DNA from: an uncultured Clostridia bacterium
Lineage (GTDB): Bacteria > Bacillota > Clostridia > Christensenellales > Aristaeellaceae
Assembly (NCBI GenBank): GCA_934621485.1
Contig: CAKTUS010000002.1
Span: 12,656 to 76,655 of the forward strand
Length of the DNA stretch: 64,000 nt
Direction: 5' to 3'
Under the pieces are notes generated by a model. That model saw only the letters and a list, made by a program, of their open reading frames with translations, was not told the origin of the DNA and searched no databases. Of this stretch, positions 17,606-25,653 are shown piece after piece (the stretch's first letter is position 1; the number at the start of each line of letters is the position of its first letter). A program made the translations under genes and the position numbers.

Positions 17606-18193
17606 ATGGATCAAACCAAAACCGGCAGCCTGATTCGTTCTCTGCGAAAGCAGCAGGGGCTTACCCAGCTTGCCCTGGCCCAACAGCTGGGGGTTAGCGA
17701 TAAAGCTGTTTCCAAATGGGAGCGCGGCCTGGGCTGCCCAGATTTGTCGCTGCTGCCCGCTCTTTCCCAGGTATTCCAGGTGAATATGGAAAGCCTGCTT
17801 AATGGACAATTGCCTGTGAACCGCAATCTGGCGGGCAACCTGAACCGTTTGCGCTTTTATTGCTGTCCAAATTGCGGCAACTGGCTGCCCTCCGCCTGCC
17901 AGGCGGAAATCATTTGCTGCGGTCACCGCCTGACACCTCTAACGTCCCGGCCTATGGATGCAGCCCATACGCCGCAGATTCAAACGCCGGCTGATGAAAT
18001 CTATCTGACCTTTTCCCATGAAATGACCAAGGCGCATTTCATTCGGTTTGTGGTATGGGTAGGCTTCGACCGGGCGCTGATGGTACAACTTTATCCAGAG
18101 CAGGAAGCCGCTGCGCGTCTCCCCCATCTGCATGGTCACGGCACATTGTACGTGCTCTGTACCCAGCATGGTCTCATGAAAGCAAAGCTGTAG
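17606..18193 (+). CDS. XRE-family HTH regulator fused to a desulfoferrodoxin (2Fe superoxide reductase-like) module
   Basis: The ATG at 17606 follows the RBS GGAAGGAGG. The HTH is QGLTQLALAQQLGVSDKAVSKWERG. A Dx-like Cys4 site is YCCPNCGN..CCGH. The SOR-like ligands are AAHTP, SHEMTKAH and CTQHG. Confidence 0.8.
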   Translation: MDQTKTGSLIRSLRKQQGLTQLALAQQLGVSDKAVSKWERGLGCPDLSLLPALSQVFQVNMESLLNGQLPVNRNLAGNLNRLRFYCCPNCGNWLPSACQAEIICCGHRLTPLTSRPMDAAHTPQIQTPADEIYLTFSHEMTKAHFIRFVVWVGFDRALMVQLYPEQEAAARLPHLHGHGTLYVLCTQHGLMKAKL

Positions 18194-18524
18194 ACCGGGC
18201 AATTCGCCATCTGCCGTTTCCTCAAAGCCTTTTCCGTTTGGATACGTCCCGTCCATGCGGTCAGCAGTATAACAGCGTTGACATCATGATTCAGAGCAAT
18301 CGTATGAGGATGCGCTTTCTTTGCCACTCATAATGGATGGAACGCGTTTGTTTTTAGAATACCGGTTTGCATTTTGCCGTACTTCCAATAGGCCATTTCC
18401 CTGCACGCTTGAAGCCATGCAGAAAAAAGCAACGCCGTTGACCTTGTCGGTTCCGCTTTCGCTATTAATAAATCGCAGAATGTGCTTCCAGCGTTGCGAT
18501 TTTCCCAAAGACGGCTTTCGAATC

Positions 18525-18557
18525 GTCAACCCCACCGGCTTAACCGGCGGGGTTGAC
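18525..18557. other. Strong isolated hairpin in a gene-free spacer
   Basis: gtcaacccc-a-ccgg-cttaa-ccgg-c-ggggttgac forms 13 paired positions with symmetric single-nt bulges. No adjacent U-run is present on either strand. Confidence 0.6.
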
Positions 18558-18932
18558 TGTTTCGCAGGTGCGGGCAGGTCTGCGATTGTTCACTCATCGT
18601 GGACACACCCGTCATAGAGCACGTTCGTTTTGCGTCCAAAGCGGTTGGCGCCCACTAGCAGCCTCTTTCCTTCCATACCCGCTGAGAAGGTTTACGGGTG
18701 GCACATATTCGATATACACAGCGCTCGTTAGCGCTGATTGCCAACTGAACGGAGGATTGGACAAGGCCTGTCAAAGATGATAAGGGCGTTTAAGCGCCGA
18801 AGCCTCTAAGGAATGTACCGCACGCTTCCTCTGTAAACCCCACTGGCGCTGCTCTCAAAGCTGATGTTCCATCAAAGAGCCTGTCAGCCATATGAGTCTA
18901 TCCGTTTTCCACTGCAACCGGCAGCCTGTCAT

Positions 18933-19443
18933 TCACCATTTTTCAAAATGAACGCGATCTGCCTCATACAAATCTCTCGGCTCGCTATTGGGGTTCTGCG
19001 CGTAGCCGAAGGCAATGATGGAATGAGGAACAATGCTTTCCGGCAGACCGAACAGCTTTGCCTGCGCCTTCACCCGCTCCATTTGCGGATAGGTACCCAG
19101 CCACACAGAACCAATACCCAGGTCATGCGCAGCCAGAATCATGTTCTGGCATGCCGTAGCAGCATCGATGACCCAATACTCCGGGGCGGGCTTGAAAGCG
19201 CGCTCCAAATCGCCGCAGACCAAAATTCCCATAGCAGCGCCGCGAAGGGGCTCCGCCGGCCGGCCGTTCGCATCCGCCATCCGACCCAGCATTTCCTTGT
19301 CCGTAACCACTAGGGCGCGAATTGACGCAACTGGGGCCGCTCATACCGGCCGAAAGGATTTTGCGAATATCCTCCTGTGAAAGGCTTTGCTGTGTAAATT
19401 TCCGAACGCTTTTGCGGGTAGCCAGTGCTTGCAAGGTATCCAT
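18933..19443 (-). pseudogene. Nitroreductase family gene interrupted by a frameshift
   Basis: The N-terminal part (MDTLQALATRKSVRKFTQQ...SAGMSGPSCVNSRP) and the C-terminal part (VVTDKEML...GIGSVWLGTYP...) lie in two frames that join near 19310-19320. This is either a real lesion or an assembly error. Confidence 0.7.
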
Positions 19444-19656
19444 ACTGCATTTCCCTCCCAGATAAACTTGAATAAGCGTGCTTCAACCTCCAGGCCGCCC
19501 AAAAAGCTCGCCTGGCCGCAACCTTTTCAGGGCTCTCGGCGGCTCCGAAGCCAGCCAGGCAGCACGATGACCGTAAGAGGGACTGCAGGCCCTCTCAGAT
19601 TGCCAAAAATTCCCGAGGGATCTCGGAGGACCATAGTCCCCGATGCTTGTCCGAAA

Positions 19657-19960
19657 CCGGCGGCATGTACGTCGGTTTCGGCAGCACTGCGCAGCAAGGT
19701 TCAGGTCGCTGAAAAAGTGGAGGTACAGGAGGCGCTGCCTCCTGCCAGAGTTTTAGGGGCGAAGCCCCCAAGCAACACTTTTCCCGCGAACCAGCGAAGC
19801 GCTGCTTCCGGGCAAGGACGGCCAATTAGAGATTTTTCGACAATCTGAGCCTTGCGCAGCAAGGTTGCTCTTTGCCGCCCGTGAACCGCAGCCAAGTAGG
19901 CAAAGCAAAAAAGATTGCCGTCAGGCCCGTTTTTTTGACGGTCTGAGAAGGGCTGTGTTC
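19657..19960 (+). repeat. Composite intergenic repeat, copy 2
   Basis: The left flank (19657-19687), the tgcgcagcaaggtt motifs (19688-19701 and 19853-19866) and the right-flank modules are collinear with 1-340. Confidence 0.75.
19702..19852 (-). repeat. MITE-like core, reverse orientation relative to copy 1
   Basis: caggtcgctgaaaaagtggaggtacaggaggcgctgcctcctgcc...gatttttcgacaatctgag aligns along its length with the reverse complement of 46-206. Confidence 0.65.
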
Positions 19961-20073
19961 CCCTCCGCCCAATTCCCCAGGTGAGTTCTTTGACAGGCCG
20001 GAGCGTTTCAACGCTCACTTTTCTTTTCGCTTTTTCTTTGAAAACTCCTGCCAAAGCCTTCGTTCCATGCTCG

Positions 20074-20859
20074 TTATTTTCGGCCTACCAGCAGGGTGGA
20101 GCCGCGCGGCATCAGTCTTTTGGCCTCCTTCCGGGGCATGAACATTCCACTGGTGGTATCAAAGATCTCCACGCTTTCGTAGCCCATTTCCAGCAGTTTG
20201 CGCCGAAACGCTTCCATATCGCCGTATTGGCTATGGCTCATTCGGTCATGAATGGCAAAGACGCCGCCTTTTTTCAAAACCCGCAGGGTTTCCAGCAGCA
20301 GCGTTTGCCTGTCTGCTCCCAACGCCTTATGATACGCATCGTTGCTGGTAACGGCGTCGAAGCTTTCGTCCGGAAAGTCCAGTCCCCGCATATTGCCCAC
20401 TTGAAAGGCAACGTTCCGAACGTGTTCCTCCGCGGCGGTCTGGTGACACAGCCGGCAGCCGGCCTCGTGCTTCTCCCAATGGTCAATCCCCAACATTTGT
20501 GCTTCTGGGTTTCGCTTTGCACAGGCAACGGTTAGCGCGCCGCTGCCGCAGCCTACGTCCAATCCCTTACCTCCCGCCGGCAGCTTTACGTATCGCGCGG
20601 TTCCTTCCGCAGCAATACGCCTGTCCAGCCTGCGTTTCCCGGCATGGGAAAATGCGCTGTATGCCAGCAAACTTCTTTTCAGCATGGTCAGGCATGCCAG
20701 CAAAGCTGCTAACAGCATGGCAACCGCCATCCAGCGGACGGGCTCCGACCGCACCGCGTCACCCGTGCCAAAAATCAGGAGGCATGAAGCCAATAGGCCT
20801 GTACCAAGGCTGAGCCATATCCGCCTTTTTCCGGAAAATGCGTTCTGAGCATTGATCAT
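20074..20859 (-). CDS. Class I SAM-dependent methyltransferase with two N-terminal TM helices
   Basis: Motif I is LDVGCGSGALT. The post-I and II regions are present. The N-terminal hydrophobic segments are LSLGTGLLASCLLIF and MAVAMLLAALLACL. Confidence 0.8.
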   Translation of the reverse strand: MINAQNAFSGKRRIWLSLGTGLLASCLLIFGTGDAVRSEPVRWMAVAMLLAALLACLTMLKRSLLAYSAFSHAGKRRLDRRIAAEGTARYVKLPAGGKGLDVGCGSGALTVACAKRNPEAQMLGIDHWEKHEAGCRLCHQTAAEEHVRNVAFQVGNMRGLDFPDESFDAVTSNDAYHKALGADRQTLLLETLRVLKKGGVFAIHDRMSHSQYGDMEAFRRKLLEMGYESVEIFDTTSGMFMPRKEAKRLMPRGSTLLVGRK

Positions 20860-20877
20860 TCTGATGGCTCCTTAAAA

Positions 20878-20895
20878 AGTTAGTTATAACTAACT
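20878..20895. promoter_or_regulatory. Perfect 18-bp palindrome, candidate operator
   Basis: AGTTAGTTATAACTAACT lies 4 nt upstream of the AAGGAG RBS of the methyltransferase gene. Confidence 0.45.
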
Positions 20896-20906
20896 GATGA
20901 TTTTTG

Positions 20907-20930
20907 GAAAAGCCGCTTCTGCGGCTTTTC
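20907..20930 (-). terminator. Hairpin downstream of the thioesterase gene
   Basis: gaaaagccgc-ttct-gcggcttttc has a perfect 10-bp stem. The flanking A/T runs are short. Confidence 0.55.
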
Positions 20931-20993
20931 CTATCAGGATTGTAGCATAAAAACAACGGTATGGCAACCCCGAAATCCAAATGGCTATTTCTC

Positions 20994-21479
20994 CTAAAAG
21001 GCATGCTGTTTCCGCAATGCCCGGCGCTGTTTGCCTGCCTCAAAGGCCGCCCGCTCCTCCTCCGTTTCGCAAATCAGTTCCGGCACCTGAATGGGCTTGC
21101 CGTTGTCATCAATGGCCACCATGGTCAGATAGGCCCGGTTGACCAGCTTTCTTTCCTGAGAATGACCCAGCTTCTCCACAAAGCTGTCCACACATATCTC
21201 CATGCTGGTGTTGCCCACATAGGTCACCCGGCCCACCAGCGTGAGGGTATCGTTGATATGGGCGGGCGCTAAAAACTCCAGGTGGTCAATGGCGGCGGTG
21301 CGGGTTTCATGCTCGCAATGGCGGCGGGCTACGACGCCCGCAATCACGTCAATCCACTGCATCAGCATGCCGCCGAACAGCGTATAGGTGCTATTGGCGT
21401 GCATGGGCATAATAATGTGTACCTGCTCAGAACGGCTGGCGGATACCGGCTTGCCTGGCCTTTTCAAGCTACTTTCCAT
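20994..21479 (-). CDS. Acyl-CoA thioesterase (hotdog fold, YciA-like)
   Basis: MPMHANSTYTLFGGMLMQWIDVIAGVVARRH is typical of acyl-CoA thioester hydrolases. Confidence 0.85.
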   Translation of the reverse strand: MESSLKRPGKPVSASRSEQVHIIMPMHANSTYTLFGGMLMQWIDVIAGVVARRHCEHETRTAAIDHLEFLAPAHINDTLTLVGRVTYVGNTSMEICVDSFVEKLGHSQERKLVNRAYLTMVAIDDNGKPIQVPELICETEEERAAFEAGKQRRALRKQHAF

Positions 21480-23139
21480 CCTCGTGTTTCCTCCTACTCA
21501 TTTTGGGTGAATCAGCCGGCGCTGTCGATTGCAGGCTTGCCGCCACTTCGGCGGAGAGCAGTTCTGGGTCAAAGGCGCTCAAAAACAAGAGCTGCCGGGC
21601 AGGCATGGGGTGAAGCACAAAGTCCTGCGGCCATTTCTGGTATAGCCGCGCCCATAACGCTTTCTCGGAAAGGTCCCGCTTCATTTCCCCATCCAGCTGT
21701 GTTATGGAAGCCGCTTCTCTTTCCATGCGCTTCAAAATGGAAACCGGCATGATGACAAAGCTCAAATCCGGCACGCCATCCACCACCGCCATATGAACGG
21801 CTTCATCCATCATGGGCTGAAAATCCGGCACCGCCTCCGAACAAATGGGATGGGGAAGAATATCCATATCCACCCAAGCCACATGCCCAAACTCCGGTTG
21901 ACGCTGAGCCGCTCGAAGCATCAGCAGCAGTTTGCTGCGCCGAAAGCGATCGTTTTCCGAAGGAACGCCGGGCAGACGAGACCATACCGCCCGATCCGGA
22001 TAGCTCTGTGTGTTCGGCAGGGCCGCCCGAAGCTGGCGTTCCTGGCTGCCGCCCGTGTACAGCAACAGGGGCAGGCTTTTGACGTCCTTCAAAAAGCCAA
22101 ACCGAAGGCGGTAGGCGGCTGGCAGGCCGCGCGACCCGGGCAGATCGATAAATGCGCTTACCAGCAACGGAAGATGGGTTTCCCGCAGAGACATATGCAG
22201 GCCGCGCAGCCGTTGCTTCATACGCAGAGAAGGAGGCAGGCGCTGCGGATAGGTGTTGGCTACGCCAAATAACCCCATGGCCGCCTTGGCGCTAATCTGC
22301 TCCATGCCTTTCTCCACGCCTGTCAGCTGCTCAAAACGGGCTGCCGTTGTACCCGGCAATACCTGCGCCGTGCGGCAAAGGCGACGTTTCGGCAGCCGCC
22401 CCACAGGCCACAGCCATGCTTCCGTAGGCACATACACCGCATATCCCGCTGCATAAGCGCTGAACGACAGTTTTTCCTTTTCCGCTTCGCACAAAAAGGC
22501 TGCCGGACCAAAGGTGAAAGCCGGATCGGCCACCAATGTGCGCACCGGCTCCGCAGCGCACACCAGCGGCAAACCGCAGCCGATGCCAATACCGTCCTCT
22601 TGCACCGGGCCGGTCAGGCAGGGCAAACAGGCTTGGCCGCTCCTCCCGACCGGCTGATTGTTTTCCAAAACCCGTACGGGCGAAAAAACCAGGGTGGGCG
22701 CGTCCGGCGGCGCTTTTGGTTTCGTTTCTGTCCGGCGGCGCTTATGAAGCGGAAGCGGCGTTGCTTCGCCCCCCATGGGAGCCCTCATGCTTCCGCTAAG
22801 CAGCGCCTTTTCGATGGGCAGCCGCTGCAAAGCGGCTTGAAGCGCCTTGTCCCAACCGGCGGCAAAATCGTACTTGCCCATCAACAGCAAAAAGTGCGTT
22901 TCGTTGGCAAACAAGTCCGCAATGCCGGATAATCCATTTTCTTCCTGATAAGCCTTCATGCGTTCAGCCGACACCTCGGCGCCGGCAAACGTCTGAAAGC
23001 CGGCAAAGTATTCCTGTGGAACGGCAAAGCACAGCAGTTCAGGCCGTGCAGCCTGCCGCAGAGCCCGGCGAGCGGTGAACGCGGCGTCGCTTCCGTCGCG
23101 CACGGCTGAAAAAATCACCACGATTCTGGCAAAAAACAC
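21469..23139 (-). CDS. Large hypothetical protein, possibly glycosyltransferase-like
   Basis: The 556-aa ORF shows weak resemblance to the GlcNAc-transferase family at the N-terminus (IVVIFSAVRDGSD..., HFLLLMGKYDFAAGWD). The second half has a DxD-like WVDMDIL. The resemblance comes from memory only. Confidence 0.45.
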   Translation of the reverse strand: MFFARIVVIFSAVRDGSDAAFTARRALRQAARPELLCFAVPQEYFAGFQTFAGAEVSAERMKAYQEENGLSGIADLFANETHFLLLMGKYDFAAGWDKALQAALQRLPIEKALLSGSMRAPMGGEATPLPLHKRRRTETKPKAPPDAPTLVFSPVRVLENNQPVGRSGQACLPCLTGPVQEDGIGIGCGLPLVCAAEPVRTLVADPAFTFGPAAFLCEAEKEKLSFSAYAAGYAVYVPTEAWLWPVGRLPKRRLCRTAQVLPGTTAARFEQLTGVEKGMEQISAKAAMGLFGVANTYPQRLPPSLRMKQRLRGLHMSLRETHLPLLVSAFIDLPGSRGLPAAYRLRFGFLKDVKSLPLLLYTGGSQERQLRAALPNTQSYPDRAVWSRLPGVPSENDRFRRSKLLLMLRAAQRQPEFGHVAWVDMDILPHPICSEAVPDFQPMMDEAVHMAVVDGVPDLSFVIMPVSILKRMEREAASITQLDGEMKRDLSEKALWARLYQKWPQDFVLHPMPARQLLFLSAFDPELLSAEVAASLQSTAPADSPKMSRRKHEDGK

Positions 23140-23426
23140 TTTCCCACTCTCCCTCGCTTTCCGAAGAGTGTTTCCATTATAGCGTTCCTCCGAGAGCGCG
23201 TCAATTGCATGCCTCGAAAAAACAGGGCGACAGCTTCAACATCATCATTCAAATCTACCACACGAATACACGGCTCATTCACCAATAGGAACGTGCAAAT
23301 TGTGCTGACTGAGGAACAGAGATCCGTATTCTGCCGTGATGACAATATGCAAATGCGCTGCATTCGCTTGGCGGAATGAGTAAAAAACCGTTCAATGCTG
23401 CTGCCCTGCCGAAAAAAGCCTTTGGG

Positions 23427-23455
23427 TTGACAAGTTCGCCCGCACATGATATACT
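23427..23455 (+). promoter_or_regulatory. Sigma-A type promoter of nagB
   Basis: TTGACA-17 nt-TATACT lies about 75 nt upstream of the nagB ATG. Confidence 0.65.
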
Positions 23456-23531
23456 GTGCAAAAGATGTATTGCGTATTATTTCTTATACTGCATACATTT
23501 CAGCAAATATGTATTGTACGGAGGCCGTCAA

Positions 23532-24257
23532 ATGCAAATTCATGTTTACGAAAATGCCGCTCAGGTTGGTCAAGCTGCCGCTACGCTCATCGCCGCTCAG
23601 GTTCTTGCAAAACCCGATTCCGTGCTGGGTCTTGCTACCGGTTCTACCCCCATCCCCACCTATCAGGAGCTGAGCCGTCTGTGCAAAGCCGGCGTGGTGG
23701 ACTTTTCCCGCACGCGTTCCTTCAATTTGGATGAATACTGCCATTTGCCGGTGGATCACGAGCAAAGCTATCACAGCTTTATGAAGCAGCAGTTGTTTGA
23801 CCATATTAACATTAACCAGGCCAACACCCGTGTGCCGAACGGCAACGCCGCCGACCCTGCCGCAGAGTGCGCCGCCTACGACGCAGCCATTGAAAAGGCA
23901 GGCGGTATCGACGTACAGGTGCTGGGCATCGGCCGCAATGGCCACATCGGTTTTAACGAGCCCGGAAATCAGTTTGTGTACGGTTGCCACATCGTGAATT
24001 TGACTCAGAGCACTATCGAAGCCAATCGCCGCTTTTTTGACAGTGAGGCGGATGTACCGCGCCAGGCCATCAGCCTTGGCATTGGCAGCATCATGAAAGC
24101 TCGCCGCATCCTTTTGCTGGCAACCGGCGCAGACAAGGCCGAAGCCATTCGCAACTCTGTGTGCGGCGATCCCAATCCTCAAACCCAAGCCAGTATTCTG
24201 CGCACGCATCCTGACGTAATTTTCCTGCTGGACAAAGCGGCCGCCGGCCTTTTGTAA
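23532..24257 (+). CDS. nagB: Glucosamine-6-phosphate deaminase
   Basis: MQIHVYENAAQVG..GLATGSTP..FNLDEY..GIGRNGHIGFNEPG. The ATG at 23532 follows GGAGG. Confidence 0.95.
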   Translation: MQIHVYENAAQVGQAAATLIAAQVLAKPDSVLGLATGSTPIPTYQELSRLCKAGVVDFSRTRSFNLDEYCHLPVDHEQSYHSFMKQQLFDHININQANTRVPNGNAADPAAECAAYDAAIEKAGGIDVQVLGIGRNGHIGFNEPGNQFVYGCHIVNLTQSTIEANRRFFDSEADVPRQAISLGIGSIMKARRILLLATGADKAEAIRNSVCGDPNPQTQASILRTHPDVIFLLDKAAAGLL

Positions 24258-24371
24258 TGCTCCTGCGCTTCAATTTCAAACAACGCCGTCTCCCTTGGGG
24301 AGGCGGCGTTCGACCGTCAAAAAGTTCGTCTGACGGCCGTCTTTTTTGACGCCCCAAACATGTCCACGCTA

Positions 24372-24415
24372 TTTGAAAAATCGCCGCATCGGAACGCTTT
24401 CCGATGCGGCGATTC
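24372..24415 (-). terminator. Rho-independent terminator of the VanY-like gene
   Basis: A 16-bp perfect stem aatcgccgcatcggaa/ttccgatgcggcgatt with a 4-nt loop, followed on the minus strand by TTTTT. Confidence 0.85.
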
Positions 24416-24426
24416 AAAAGGGAGCA

Positions 24427-25620
24427 TCAATAGCTGTAGGCCATCACAACTCCATCCATGTTATCCAGGCTGGCCTGATAATCGTTAGCGGGATTCGGCA
24501 CAGGCAAAGAAAAGCTTTGACTTTCATCCGCGCCCTTAATGCGCACAACCTCATACTTCAGCGCGCCATCCTGATAAATGCAAATATGCGGATGGTCAAT
24601 CAGAAACTCAATGTACTCCTCCAGGCAGAAACCCATAACCTTCATGGCAGCGGAGTGGGCCTTGCCTACGTAGCGGTACAGGTTCAATTCCGAGGACACG
24701 CCGGTTTTATAGCTCTTGTCCTCCCAGGACGCGTTGGGGAAATCCTTGGTGGGAAAGCGGAAGATGATGCCATACTTCCAGCAGTTTTCCGTCAACCAGG
24801 CGCCCTGCTTGGATTCAGCCTGGAATTTCTGGTTGTTCAGTTCGGAATTGCCGCGCTGATACACATCCATCCGGAAGGAAAGGCCGGTATGATAATCGCT
24901 GGTGCCAGGATAGTTTACCGATCGTTTGGTCACCTCAATCAGGCGGTTGCCGGAATACTTGGAGCTGTTTTTCTCCATTCGGTCATTAAAGAGCGTTTCC
25001 TGGGCAGTCACGGAACGGTAGCCTTCGCGCACGATAAAATACTCCAGTCCTTCCGCTTTTGCCGCTTCGAGGGCCTCTCCAAGGGCTTCATAGGCTGGCT
25101 GGAACAAACGTACACTGTTATCCTCCACCTGAATTTTGTACGGGCTGGCCGTGCCAATATTCACAAGGCCTTCTTCGGAAAAATCGCTGGGCAGCGAGTG
25201 CCAGGCGTTTACCAGCAGCAAACCGCCGTTCATCAGCGACGCACGATCCAACGTAATCGTGCTGGTATTTTCCAAACCGGCGGTTCCTTCGTCCTCAATA
25301 CGCCAGGTGCTGCCCTCCAGCGTTGCCTCCCAATAGGGCAGGTCCGCAGAGGTAACAACGCCGGTTTCCGGGTCCAGCACCGCATTGCGCTCATTGCGCA
25401 GGGCATTCATGCGAGCGGTAAACTCCACTTCCGCCTGGGCGTTTTCTTCCTGAATCCGGTTACGCGTGGCAATGTAGTCATTGTTCACCACCGACGCGCA
25501 CAGGAACAGGCCCCCTACGCCCACCACCACCACAATCGCCAGAATACCGGCGACGCGCAGCAAAGTCTTAAAAGGGTCGCGCTTCATTTTGTGGATCTTC
25601 TTGTTGGCATTGATACGCAT
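24427..25620 (-). CDS. Membrane-anchored VanY/M15B-like protein with degenerate active-site motifs
   Basis: An N-terminal TM helix (LLRVAGILAIVVVVGVGGLFL) is present. The VanY-like core has EGYRSV, PGTSDYHTGLSFRMD and ELNLYRYVG where the neighbouring paralogs have SGYRSY, SEHQxGLxxD and EPWHxRYVG. Confidence 0.75.
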   Translation of the reverse strand: MRINANKKIHKMKRDPFKTLLRVAGILAIVVVVGVGGLFLCASVVNNDYIATRNRIQEENAQAEVEFTARMNALRNERNAVLDPETGVVTSADLPYWEATLEGSTWRIEDEGTAGLENTSTITLDRASLMNGGLLLVNAWHSLPSDFSEEGLVNIGTASPYKIQVEDNSVRLFQPAYEALGEALEAAKAEGLEYFIVREGYRSVTAQETLFNDRMEKNSSKYSGNRLIEVTKRSVNYPGTSDYHTGLSFRMDVYQRGNSELNNQKFQAESKQGAWLTENCWKYGIIFRFPTKDFPNASWEDKSYKTGVSSELNLYRYVGKAHSAAMKVMGFCLEEYIEFLIDHPHICIYQDGALKYEVVRIKGADESQSFSLPVPNPANDYQASLDNMDGVVMAYSY

Positions 25621-25653
25621 ACCATACCACCTTTTCTGTGCGTCTGCGAGCCG

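Noticed and set aside
18194-18932. Possible tmRNA, RNase P RNA, group II intron or cobalamin riboswitch in the gene-free spacer.
   Set aside because: There is no tRNA-like 3' end (..TTCGA..CCA) and no GAGGAAAGTCC-type P4 sequence. The GTGCG at about 18817 (minus strand) is not followed by a recognisable domain V. The CCACTGG near 18850 lacks the other B12-box elements and has no downstream gene. The spacer is kept only as an unexplained region.
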